Of a stretch of DNA of 64,000 nucleotides, positions 13,975 through 26,463 are shown one piece after another. The position numbers and the translations under genes are program-made. Position 1 is the stretch's first letter. The number at the start of each line of letters is the position of its first letter. The notes under the pieces were generated by a model. It saw nothing but the letters and a program-made list of their open reading frames with translations. It was not told the origin of the DNA and made no database searches. The DNA is from the human T2T-CHM13v2.0 reference genome, Homo sapiens: the NCBI RefSeq assembly GCF_009914755.1, contig NC_060927.1, one strand, 5' to 3'.

Positions 13975-14400
13975 ACTTTCATTCATTCAGTGAAAGTAGT
14001 TATTGAGCACATAACTTATTCTATGCCAGGCATGGGGCTAGATAGCTGGATGTTATCCTTATCATGCCTAGATTAAAGAAGGAAAGGCAGACACTAACAT
14101 AATTGCTTAGTTAATTGATTGCAGTTGTAAATTCTAGGAAGAAGTAGTAGAGCGGGTATTTTTGTTTGATTTAGAACACATAGTGGGGGACTTGACCTGT
14201 CCTGGGAGTCAAAACACTGTTATCACAAGCTGAGAAGGATGAATAGACGTTGGTTGAGGATGGAGGAAGGTAGGTGGTAAGCTAAGATGAAGGAGTACAG
14301 GAAGAGTATCACAGACAGAGGAAACAGTATGCTTGACAGTTTCAAGCCAGGGAGGAACAGGGCTTGTTCCGATAACTGTAGGATGAATGTGACACTGACA
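13975..14400 (-). mobile_element. L2 fragment
   Basis: attcattcag..ttattgagcac..ctatgccagg 3'-end signature. Confidence 0.5.
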
Positions 14401-14481
14401 TCCTGTCAATTTCTAGAAATTATATGGTGATTTTTAAAATAGTGTTAGCCTTGTACATGGTGGTTTTTAACTATAGTTTTT

Positions 14482-14776
14482 GTGGTGGTGGTGGTTGTTT
14501 TTGAGATGGAGTCTTGCTCTGTCACCTAGGCTGGAGTGCAGTGGTGTGATCTAGGCTTGCCACAACTTCCGCCTCCTGGGTTCAAGCCATTTTCTTTTCT
14601 CAGCCTTCCAAGTAGCTGGGATTATAGGCACCTGCCACCACGCCTGGTTAATTTTTGTATTTTTAGTAGAGACCAGGTTTCACCCAGGTTGGTCTTGAAC
14701 TCCTGACCTCAAGTGATCCACCTGCCTCAGCCTCCCAAAGTGCTGGGATTACAGGCGTGAGCCACCGTGCCCAGCC
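14482..14776 (-). mobile_element. AluSx-like
   Basis: Perfect 14-bp TSD taactatagttttt at 14468-14481 and 14777-14790. Confidence 0.92.
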
Positions 14777-15549
14777 TAACTATAGTTTTTTAAGTTGTAT
14801 TATGTCTTTTAACTTGTATTTAGATATCAATTAGTGATTTTTTTCCTTTGATTATCCTTTGATTAGAACTATTAATAAAACTATAAGGCTGTTGACAGAA
14901 CGTACTTTGCTATTACCACTCATGGTCTAGTCTTGGAAGTTGTCTAATATTAAATATTTATGTTCATATAAGTAAAACATTGACTTTAAACATTTGGGTA
15001 TTTGGCGGGGCCTATTTATAATATTTATTTAATACTGTTCATTATTGTCTTAAGATCCTGTACACAGATAATTCTTTTTATAAAAATTTTTCTTGTAAAT
15101 ATTTTTTGTTGTCACACAATAGAATCATATAACCAGATCAGTAATAGACACTTGGGAACAGTATGCAGCACTGTTAGGTCAAAACCTCATTGCTAGATGC
15201 AGCTTTCTTCTGTAAGTATGGTTTCTGGTGTTTTTTCTTCTGTAATTGTAGTTTCTAAATTTGTGAAAGCGAAAAGGGAATTGTGCTTTTCAAAGAAAAG
15301 TTTTCTTCAAATGGAGTTTTTAAAGTTAGATAGCATCATAAGCAACACAGGAGAATTCACTTAGCTAAATTTGAATGCATGTACTCCTCCTACCCCCATG
15401 CCCCCAATTAAGACTTATACTCCAAGTTTTGTGTTTATAAAAGATTTTATGCCACATGCTTCCTGTCTAGTATATAAATTTAGGTAATAACACTTAACAA
15501 ATCCCAGAGGTTCCAGTATTAAACTGAAATTAATGTGTTGTTTTGGCAG

Positions 15550-15625
15550 GTTATTCTCGTTCAAGTTAATCCAGGTGAGACTTTCACAATAAGAGCAGAG
15601 GATGGAACACTTCAGTGCATTCAAG
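15550..15625 (+). CDS. FNDC3B: Internal coding exon (76 nt, phase 0 in, phase 1 out) of fibronectin type III domain-containing protein 3B
   Basis: Acceptor gtgttgttttggcag| and donor AAG|gtaagg. Translates to VILVQVNPGETFTIRAEDGTLQCIQ+G, matching the FNDC3B N-terminus as I recall it. The paralog FNDC3A differs here (recalled as GEAFTIRREDGQFQCITG). Confidence 0.95.
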
Positions 15626-15830
15626 GTAAGGACATTTTTGGTAAATATTCTAATCAAAGATTTTTTTCTTTATTTGAAGGAAGTAATGTTTTTCTGTGTG
15701 TGTCTGCATGTAATTTTCTAGAAGTAAAGTATATCTTGGATATTCATTTTCTTTTTTTTTCTGTCGCATGGTCTCAAATATATATTATGATGTTATCCAA
15801 AGGACATTTTTAGTGGTAAAATCTGTATTG

Positions 15831-16270
15831 GGTATCTGTTGGTTAGTTATTGCTAAGTAACAAATTACTCCAAAATTTGGTGGCTTATAACAACATTTAT
15901 TAACTCACAGGGGGCTAATGGTAGGAAGTTTTCTACAGTTAGTTGTTAAGTGGGCCTCTCCATGGAGAAGTGGAGGGAGCTTATGTTACCGCAGCTGGCT
16001 TCAGAGCCAATAACTAGAGGGCAAGAGGGAGCTAGTAGGTCCAGCCCAGACTCAAGAGAAGAAATTATGAAAGGGCGTGAATACCAAGAGGCAGGTCATT
16101 GGGGGCCATCTCAGAGGCTGCCCAACACAGGCTACTCTTTGGCCCCCGATGATTCATGTTCCTTCCAAATGCAAAATGCCCCGTCCCAAGATCTCCAAAA
16201 GTCTTATCCCATTATAGGATTAGCTCAGAGTTCAGAACCTTATCATCTAAAGTTCCAGGTGTAGGTAAGG
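15831..16270 (-). mobile_element. MLT1-type (ERVL-MaLR) LTR remnant
   Basis: ttattgctaagtaacaaattactccaaaatttggtggcttataacaacatttattaactcacag is the typical MLT1 terminal block. Confidence 0.6.
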
Positions 16271-16624
16271 CTTTTGGGTGTAGTTATTTTATTACAGCTC
16301 CTAGCACACTTCTAGTGTGTATACTAATGCCTCTTCTGTATAGTTCACTTGGAAATAAATGATGTAGGTACTTTGATCCATATGGAGTTCTGTGTAGGAA
16401 GATCAACCTAGATCTGATGTTAGCTGGTAAACACTGTAGTGTTAAAAGGCACTGTTTATGATAGCTCTTTTTGACAGTGACTGGGATTATGGGGCAAATG
16501 GTAAATGGCATGCAATTGAGATCAGTATTAGGTTATTAATTGAACTGGAATCTAATCTGAGGCTTTACTATTAATACCTGAACTTGCTTACCAATATACA
16601 AACAAACTGGGGGAAATGCCCTTT

Positions 16625-16638
16625 AGTTTCGGTTTCCC
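16625..16638 (+). promoter_or_regulatory. ISRE (IRF/ISGF3 element)
   Basis: AGTTTCGGTTTCCC, a full match to AGTTTCNNTTTCY. Confidence 0.45.
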
Positions 16639-17325
16639 ATAATAAGCTGTATAGAAACAGTTTTTTTTTTCCTTGCGTAATAGTAGAGCATGTTGCTTTG
16701 TACTTTTTTTTTGTATCTATAAGAACAAAAACTTAGAAAATATTTCTTGAGAAATGAGTATATTTTTAAAGATTCAAGGCTAATGAGTTTTAATTGAAGT
16801 TAATATGAAATTATTTAATCACTTTTATTAATGATTTCTACTCTGCATTTCTCTGTTGTGTCCCAGAAATTGATCTTTGGAATTCTAAATCATTTAAAAT
16901 CAAAACCTAGTCTTAGTCGATGCACAATATGGGGAAACTTCAGGTCAAGGAAGAGAAGAAATATTTTTAAATAGTATGGACTATAGAGTCTTTCACCTAT
17001 TTGTAGTACTATAATAAACAGATACCGTGAACAATTAAAACCTCAGAATCCTACAACCCTGTATCTTAAAAAAAAAAAAAAAATCACACTAGAAAAACTA
17101 GATGAAAGTCACCTATATGGGATGAAGCTGAAGTTTCCAGTTCAGTAAGAAAGCAATTAAGCCTCTGGTTATGGTAACATTGGCACCCCATTAATTGGCT
17201 AGTACATAATGTCCCTCTACAACTGAGTGTGTGTAATAGAATCTATAAAAGCAAATCACTTAGTGGATGAACATGCATTAAAATCTCTTTCATTCCACCT
17301 AAGTTTACTTTTTGGTGTCTAAGGA

Positions 17326-17384
17326 GTGTGTGTATGTGTGTGTGTGTGTGTATATATGTGTTTTTTGTGTGTATATATGTATGT
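17326..17384. repeat. (TG)n/(TA)n microsatellite
   Basis: gtgtgtgtatgtgtgtgtgtgtgtgtatatatgtg.. Confidence 0.85.
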
Positions 17385-18738
17385 AATTTCACTGAGTTGG
17401 CCGCTCCCCCACTTTTTTCTTTTTTTAATCCATGTTATAACTGGTGCACTTTGCAGGAAATGTTGCAAGTATATTGCTCTCTTCACAAAGGGAGCTTTGT
17501 ATTTATTCATGATGATACTTGGAGATAAGTGACACTAACACTCCTAACAGTGATTTCAAAAATGCCTTTGACCAAAACAGAATTGTGGAGCCATTATCTT
17601 TGGCTCCCTCCAGGCTTCCTATTCTTTGTTCTCTTCTGAAGTCTCAGATACTATGGTTATCTTCATTTTGGGGAGTGGTGGTACCTGGCCCAATTAACTG
17701 AAATGACACAGGATGGAATGAGGACTAGGACCTGGATCCAGGTGCTTTACTAGGGTTTCGGAAGCACTGGGGCAATAGGATGAACTGCAGAAACTGGAAG
17801 GAAAGTCAGCCCAGCAGGCTGAACCCCAAATTCAGACTCATTGACTGCCACTAATGTATAAAAGGCAGTCACTCAGGCAAAAAATAAGAAACCCTTTATA
17901 TGAGTCCCAGTATGAGTTCGTGAATACTTCATTCCAGTTGGGTAGAATATAGCAACATAAAATGTGGCAATAGGCAGTGTATTTGTAAATTCCAACACAA
18001 GTTGCTGTGTCATCCTCACAGTCCCAGTGATTAACATCATCTCTACCATTGCTAACATTTATTCATCTCAGGCTGTGCTATGCATTCTTTCCTTTAGTGA
18101 GTGTGTAGTTACACATAAGGAAGCTGAGGCCTGTCGAAAAGTCACAAAGCTAGAAAGAGGCAGAGTTGAGTTTTCTTCCCTGCTATGTCTGATGCCCTCA
18201 GTTCCTTGTTCTGTGCCTTTATGTCAGGGAGGACTCCATTCTCTTGACAACAGCAAGGTTAAGTTCCTGTTCCTGGAGTAACAGGATTCTGAGCTGGATA
18301 GCAGGATGACTACTTAGATACCCAGAATGAGACAGATGGTTTGCAGAACAAAAGTGGTTGGTGGAGACTGAGTCTTGGGAATAAGCTAGGGGCGAGCACT
18401 TTGTTAATGAAGTGAGATCTACTGGTTGAGCAGTGACTAGCAGACAGTGTGATGCAGGGAGTATTGGTTTAGAACTCATTAAATTATTTCTGCCCCAAAT
18501 CAGGTTTGAGTTCAGATTTGGGGTGGCTCAGCTTCCAGGTGGGGCTTCCAGCTCCAGCTCCAGCTGTTGTTGATTGGGGCCAGGGAGGGCTCCAGCTCCA
18601 GGACAATGGGAGAGGACTTGTAGGTACAGTGGGAGGCAGTTCTTTGTCATTTAAAAACCTATTAGGAAGGAATCTGAAAATGGTCACATTGTAATGGAAA
18701 TTTCTGAAAGAAATATTTGTATTTTGTTAGGGATTTAA

Positions 18739-19107
<369 letters not shown>

Positions 19108-19453
19108 TGATGGGTGGTGGTGGCCTTCCTGGAAATTTTGAAGTCATACCCATTGATTATGCCGTGGTTGAAACTGTCAGCCTAATAACTTTGCTATTTT
19201 AACACCAGCCTTCAGATTAGGGACTGCTTTGTGGGGATTTCAGGTAGGGAATGGAGTTGGTTGCTGGGCCTTCCTGGAAACTTTGAAATCACATTGTATG
19301 AGGTCAGTCCTCTTTACTTGTAACTGAATTTATTAGCCTGATAATTTTATCTGTAGGACATTTGTGACACCACTAGAAAGACCTCAGAAGCTCATTGTGA
19401 TCTCATTAAAAGGCAGCTTGGAAGTTGAAAGCAAATTAATACAGAAGAATATG

Positions 19454-19740
19454 GGCTGAGTAGGGAAGCTCACACCTATAATCCCAGCACTTTGGGAGGC
19501 CAAGGCAGAAGATTGCTTGAGGCCAGGAGTTAAAGACTAGCCTGGGCAACATAGTGAGACCCATCTCTACCAAAGAAAGAAAAAATTAGTCAGGTGTGGT
19601 GGTGCATGCCTGTAGTCCCAGCTGCTCAGAAGGCTGAGGTGGGAGGATCACTTGAGCACAGGAGTTTGAGGCTGCAGTGAGCTATGGTTGCACCACTGCA
19701 CTCTATCCTGAGACCCCGTCTATTAAAAAAGAAAAAAAAA
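19454..19740 (+). mobile_element. AluJ
   Basis: J-type gattgcttgaggccagg..gagtttgaggctgcagtgagctatg. Confidence 0.87.
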
Positions 19741-21834
19741 TGTGTTTTTATGGGAATGTCCTTGGTGATAAGGAAGAAAACACAGGAAGCATACAATATG
19801 CTGTGAACGCAGATTCATTTCTAATGGAATATTTCTCAATATTTCCCATGAAACATGAATCATAGGTCTTGAAGGGGCCAAAAAAGGTCATAGTTTATTC
19901 TCACTTGGGGTTAGCCTATACCTATGGCATCCTAGACAAAGGATTTATTTTCTCTTGGCCAGATCAAAGTGTATAAAGAGCTAATTGTTAGGAAAAAAGA
20001 ATCTTAGCAATCAGTATGAATTTTGCCTTTGCTTCAGTTCAGGAATTAATAGAGGGCACACTTGGGTCTCTCCCATTATTTTCATATCTGTGTCTGGGCT
20101 GAGGTGCTGGCAATGCAGCCTTCCTTCCTGTCTACACATGCCATCTCTTTATCTGCTCCCTGTAAAATCCTCCAGCCAAAACAAACATCATGCTTCCTTT
20201 AAGACTTTAGGCCTCTTTCTTCCAAGAGCTCTCTCAGACCACTGCCTGACTTTTCCCTGAATTCTGGAGGAGCAGGTAGAGGTAGCACTACACAGTCTGG
20301 TTATATGCGTAAACCTTTCCTTAGCTCTCGAATTAGATGTGAATTCAGTTGTGACAGGAAACAGTGTATCTTCACCCTGCTCCCCAGCCACACAGCTTGA
20401 GAATAATTACTGACTGGATTCCTGAGTGGCTCTGGTATTACATTCAAGCATGATGATTTTTCTTTTAAATTTTACTCTTCTGATGGCAGTTTAAAGAGGT
20501 TTAGTTACGTGCTTATAGCAGTCTCTAAATCTCAATAGAAGAACTTTGAAATACTAGATTCCATTGATAATTGAAGTTAATGAGTTTCCTTTAGAGAAAT
20601 ATGTTTAAATTCTAAAGAACTTTTACAATGACCCTACATTATTAATACTGTAATTTTTTATTTAAGACTATTAGATATAAATTGTGAGGCTAAAGAAAAT
20701 AGGTGAGTGTGATGGTGATAAAAAATACTGATTAAAGTAAAATTCTTAGGAAGCACCATTATGTTAGTAAACAGTAATATTTAAAGATACTTAATTGCTA
20801 ATAGTTTTTGTCCAAAATAATTTAGGAATCTTTTACCATAGCAGTTAATCTGCTGACTTGTGTTAAGTGAATAGAGACCTCAAAATGACTAAATGACAAC
20901 AGAATGCGTGCAGAGGGGAATTCTAAGAGGGCACTACTATGAGATGGCTGTAGCTTTGAAGCTATTCGAATGTGAAACTTTTTCCGCTCTTGCTTGTTCT
21001 CCATAAGACTTCTTCAGCTCTGTGTCTAATTCTCCCCCTGCCTCAGTGAGTGTGGGAACTGTATCGTTGATGAACATCATGCTCTGCCCAGTGGCTCTGT
21101 GAATGACACCATTGAGAGCTGTTCACCATTTCTGAATTTCCTCATTTGTCTCCCATCCCCCGCCCCTCCATGTATGAGTCAGCATCCAGAATGTCACAGG
21201 GACCTTAATGTTACTTGTTTTTCCTTATGTGATACTTTTGGGACCTTAACGTTGCTTTTTTTTCCTTATATGATACTTTAAGTGCATTTATTAGACTTGT
21301 TTGGCACACTAAAACACTGACCTGTCATTCTTTCTAAGAATTTTATGACAGGTCCTAGGGAATTTGGGTTGTCTCTTGCTTTGTTTAGTGTGAAATGACA
21401 AGAATGGTGTCATAGCTTGGTTTTGCAAACTGAGGTAGACTAAAACTTCAAAAGCAAAGCATGCATATGGTCTCTCCCTTTAATACATACTTTGCATATA
21501 AATGAGAAATTCCTGTTTTACTAGCTTAAAACCCAGGAAGAGGACCTGTTGCAAATGAAGCTTGCTTTCAAAGATTGTAGTGAATCTCTGTCTTGGCTGA
21601 AATTTGCAACCAGTTTTTTGATTAAAAATATTTGGGTGATTTGAAAGTAAAATTATTGTAACATGAATGCATTAAATTCTGAATCTTTGCCAACTTTTAT
21701 TATATTGGATGAATTGTTATTTGACTATTTGTAAAATGTCTGTATTATAAATGGAAATGTTTCTTCCTATTACAAGATTAGGATTTTAGGAGCTTGTTTT
21801 CTACATAAGAAACTGCCTTGAAAACCATTTCTTT

Positions 21835-22039
21835 TTTTTTTTGTTTTTTGAGACAGGGTATCCTGTCTCAAAAACAAAGACCTGGCTCTGAGACAGACTT
21901 GCTCTGTCACCCAGGCTGAAGTGTAGTGGCACGATCAGATCATAGCTCGTTGCAGCCTTGACCTCCTGAGCTCAAGTGATCTTCCCACCTTGGCCTCCCA
22001 AATTGCTGGGATTACAGGCATGAGCCAGTGTGCCTGTCC
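21835..22039 (-). mobile_element. FRAM-like Alu monomer with a fold-back insertion near the tail
   Basis: Right-arm monomer. TSD gaaaaccatttcttt (21820-21834) / gaaacccatttcttt (22040-22054). Confidence 0.8.
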
Positions 22040-23024
22040 GAAACCCATTTCTTTAGTATTTGGTGGATTTGTGAGGGATTGCTAACAAGCTGAAATGTTA
22101 TTGTGAACACTTAGGCCTCACTTGGAAAATCTTCTAGAATTGAAAATAGCAAGTCATTTGCCAAGGCTAGCCCTAGTGTCATGGCCATCTTTCTTTCTGA
22201 TTGATCCAAAGCTGTATATGGTGAGAGTTAATCCTCCCAGGAGGCTCTAAGCCAAGATAGTCTGAATTTCTAGGAAAATCTGAATTACTCTACCAACTCT
22301 CCAGCTTACCTTATGATACTTAAATGTTAGCTTCAAGACCAATCAGTCTTTTACCTGTGTGTGTCTATACTACAAATATATATTTACGTGTGTGTATATA
22401 TATTTGCTTCATTAGACGATTTTTCCATTTTCCATGATTGGATTTACATGAAATTTGGAGAAAGATTGAAGAAAAATTACTTTCAGCTTTGTGGAGTACT
22501 CTTGATCTCTGAAATGTTTGGGGGCTCTATTTTGCACATGACAGTTAGCAATTCCTCTCAACATGGACTGATGCACAGCTATTTGTTACAAGTAGACATT
22601 CCATACGCTGACCTGAGAAACCCTTTTACAGACAGCAGCTTGCTGCTGAGTAACTGGAAGTTTACCAGCAGGTGGTTTCCACCAGGGCCGGAAAATACTG
22701 ACGGGCCCAGAGCAGAAAGTCCAGGTTATGGAAGGAATGAGAGCAAAGGCTGTGATTGTACGTGCAACTGTCATCTTGCTGGGATTGTGTAATGTCATGA
22801 GGCTGGGTTACATCAATACCAAACTATGTTGCTTTCCTAGGAGGTTTTAAGTCCCTCTCAAGGGAGGTACTCAGGGTATATGCTGCTTCCTGCCTTTCTC
22901 CTTCTTCCTGTCTCAGTTATCTTGATTTTTATGTTTATTCTTATATTTACATAAGAACGGAATGTTAAACCCTTAGATAAAACTGTCACCCAATGTTGTG
23001 TCATCAGACTTAAGATGAATTGGT

Positions 23025-23200
23025 GTTGAGTTCTCAGAGTACAGCTCTGTAGTGTGAATCCCTGGTCATTTCGTAGCTAATGCTTAACCTGTTAGCCCCA
23101 ATTTCCTCTCTTAAAATGGGAACAATGATAGTACCTATCTGATAGGATTGTGAGGATAATCCATTGTAAGTGTCATTATTCTTATCATCATTATCTAGTT
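23025..23200 (+). mobile_element. MIR
   Basis: aatttcctc..aaaatgggaacaatgatagtacctatctgataggattgtgagg. Confidence 0.6.
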
Positions 23201-23632
23201 GTATACACAGCTTTACTGATTTTTCCCCCCCCTAAATAGATGGCATGATTGTGGGCAATGACTTCATTTTCCTACTTGTAGAAATCAGTTGAAATTCTAG
23301 TCTCCCTTTCATTGCTTATTTATGATAGACTTGCTTTCATAGGGTTGCTGGTGATGGCACCAGTTCAAACATTTTAGATGAAGGTTTATAAGAATGTGTA
23401 TACTGTTCAGATATGGGGTTATAGCTAAAACAATGGGTCCAGTGTTCCATGAATTTAAAGTAAATTTTGTTGTAGATTTTTAGTTGTTGGTTTTCTTTTG
23501 AATAACAGCCGTTCACTCTTGCACCACGCCTGAGCAGCTATATTCAGAGAAGGCTGTATCCTCTTATTTTATCCAACAAAGCAGTTTTTCTAATGTGCCT
23601 CCTTTTACATTTTCATTGAATTCCATACTTCT

Positions 23633-23970
<338 letters not shown>

Positions 23971-24019
23971 TTAGTGCATTCTGTTTCTTAGGCAGTACCA
24001 AGAAGCAGTCAGGGCTATA

Positions 24020-24260
24020 TATTGGGAAGATCATTATAGATTTTGGAGTGAGATTGCCTGGCTCAAAAATCCCCTGCACATTAGATGTATATTGTAAAAT
24101 TAGTTCCTTAACTTCTCTACACCTCAGTTTCCTTATCTGTAGAGCTGGAATAGTAATTTCTCTCTGGAAGGATTGCTGTGATTAAATGAGTTATTGTGTA
24201 CAGAGCACTAAGAACAATTTCTGAGTCATAGTAGGGGCCCAATAAATAGGAGTGATTACT
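24020..24260 (+). mobile_element. MIR
   Basis: cctcagtttccttatctgt..gattaaatgag..agcactaagaaca..caataaata. Confidence 0.65.
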
Positions 24261-24832
24261 AAGCTTTCGCTCTTTATTATGGGTGGGCATTGACCCCCCC
24301 TTCATTTTTTGTTAGCTAATCATTTTTAAAGCATTTCAGAAAGCCTATGCGAACTGGAGTTATTAGGATTTTTTAGATGTCTTCACGTTTAAATTCTAAC
24401 ACTTCAAAATAACATGTTTAAAAGTTATGCAATCGCAGTTTAACTCCTCAACCCTTCTGCCCTTTAGGCTTGTTAAACAATGATTAAAATGTCATCTCTG
24501 AAGGTACCACTGCTTAGAGTTCTTTAAATGTCACAGATCTTTGCATGTCAGATAATTCAGAAAAGCGAGCAGTGTCGCATTACCTCAGTGGTTGGCCACA
24601 GGCTATTTCACAGCTTGTAGTCTTTCAGTTCCTGCTTTATTCTTTCTGTATTTTTTACTCTTGTTCTTGCACTTCCAACCTGAAATAGAAAAGTTCATGT
24701 TACAAGTGTCTTTAAGGAAGACTGGATTAAGTTCTTCAAGGGCAAGGGTCAAAGCTTAGTCATCTTTGTATCCCAGAGCCTATCCTGCATGCAGGAGGCA
24801 TTCAGACTGAAGGAAAGTCATTTCCTGATACT

Positions 24833-25212
24833 TGTCTTAGTCTGTCTGGGCTGCTATAACAAAAATACCAGAGACCGGGTGGCTTATTAACAACGGAAAT
24901 CTATTTCCTACAGTTCTGGAGGCTGGGAAATCCAAGATCAAGATACTAGCTTCTTTGGTGTTTGAGGAAGGCCTGCTTTCTGGTTCATAGATGGCAGTTT
25001 CTCTCTGTGTCCTCACGTGGCTGAAAGGCCTAGGGGTCTTCTTGGGCCTCCTTTATAAGGACACTAATCCCTCATGAATGGGGATTAGTGTCCCTCATGA
25101 TCCAGTCACCCCTTCTAGTACCACCCCTTCTAATACCATCACCTTTGGGGTTAGAATTTCAATGTATGAATTTGCGCTGGGGTAGGGGACACAAACATTC
25201 AGACAGTGATAG
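24833..25212 (-). mobile_element. MLT1A-type LTR
   Basis: tgtcttagtc..gctgctataacaaaaatacc..gggacacaaacattcagac spans a whole MLT1A/A0-like LTR. Confidence 0.8.
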
Positions 25213-25708
25213 TACTGCTGAAGATAAAATGATGGAAAAATTCTCTTAGGTAATTTAGAGAAGTTATTTATTTTTGTTGTTCTGAAAAGGTAGTTAAATT
25301 TAGTTATTTTCACTCTTAGTTCCTCAATTTAAGATAATGAATACAGGCATGAGTGTGTTTCCAAAAACAGTAATTCTGAAAAAGTCCAATATATGGATTA
25401 GCTTCTCTTACCTGTAAAAATGCATGAGGGAATCATTATATTCATGCTTTTAATAACTTTATTTTGGGGGAGAATAGGATGGGAATACCTTAGAAAATGT
25501 TAGGCTATTTAATCCTTAAAGATACATCAACTTTTTCCCAAACTTTGTATTTATTTTTGTGTTATTAACAAATATTTTAGGTTACTCGTTAATTTTATTA
25601 ATATTTTATGTTTTCTTGCTGTTGGAAATTATAGCGTTTATGTATAGTAATAAATTCTCGGTAAACTCTGTGTCAGACCCAGGAACAAATTATGCTTTAG
25701 TAAATGAG

Positions 25709-26043
<335 letters not shown>

Positions 26044-26051
26044 TCATTCGT

Positions 26052-26463
26052 GCTTGTCAGTGTTTGCATTGATGTAAAGAAATACTTGAGACTGTGTAGC
26101 TTATAAGGAAAAGAGGTTTAATTGGGTCATGGTTCTGCAGGATATATAGGAAGCTTGGTGCTGGGATCTGCTTCTCGTGAGGGCCTCAAAGAACTTACAA
26201 TTATGACAGAAGACGAAGGGGAGCCAGCGTGTCACATGGCGAGAGGAGGAGTAAGAGAGAGAAGGGAGAGGTCCCAGACTCTTAAACAACCAGATCTCCT
26301 GTGCACTGAATGAGAACTCACTCATCACCATGGGGATGGTGCTAGGCCATTCCTGAGGGACCCATCCTCACAATCCAGTCACCTCCCAGCAGGCCCCACC
26401 TCCAACGTTGGGAGTCACATCTCAGTGTGAGATTTGGAGGGGACAGAGATCCAAATCATATCA
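26052..26463 (-). mobile_element. MST-type (MSTA/MSTB) MaLR LTR
   Basis: aaagaaatacttgagactg..aagaggtttaattgg..gagatttggaggggac..atccaaatcatatca. Confidence 0.82.

Noticed and set aside
15535-15549. Apparent start (MLFWQ) of the ORF covering the exon
   Set aside because: It is a GTG within the acceptor tract. The real frame enters by splicing at 15550.
15950-16264. 104-aa ORF ending exactly at a TAG|GTAAGG donor-like site
   Set aside because: Starts at GTG, lies inside an MLT1-type LTR and has no recognisable domain. Splicing from the exon to the nearest acceptor (15938) hits a stop within four codons.
22361-22792. 143-aa plus-strand ORF
   Set aside because: Begins in a TG/TA low-complexity tract at a non-ATG codon and resembles no known protein.
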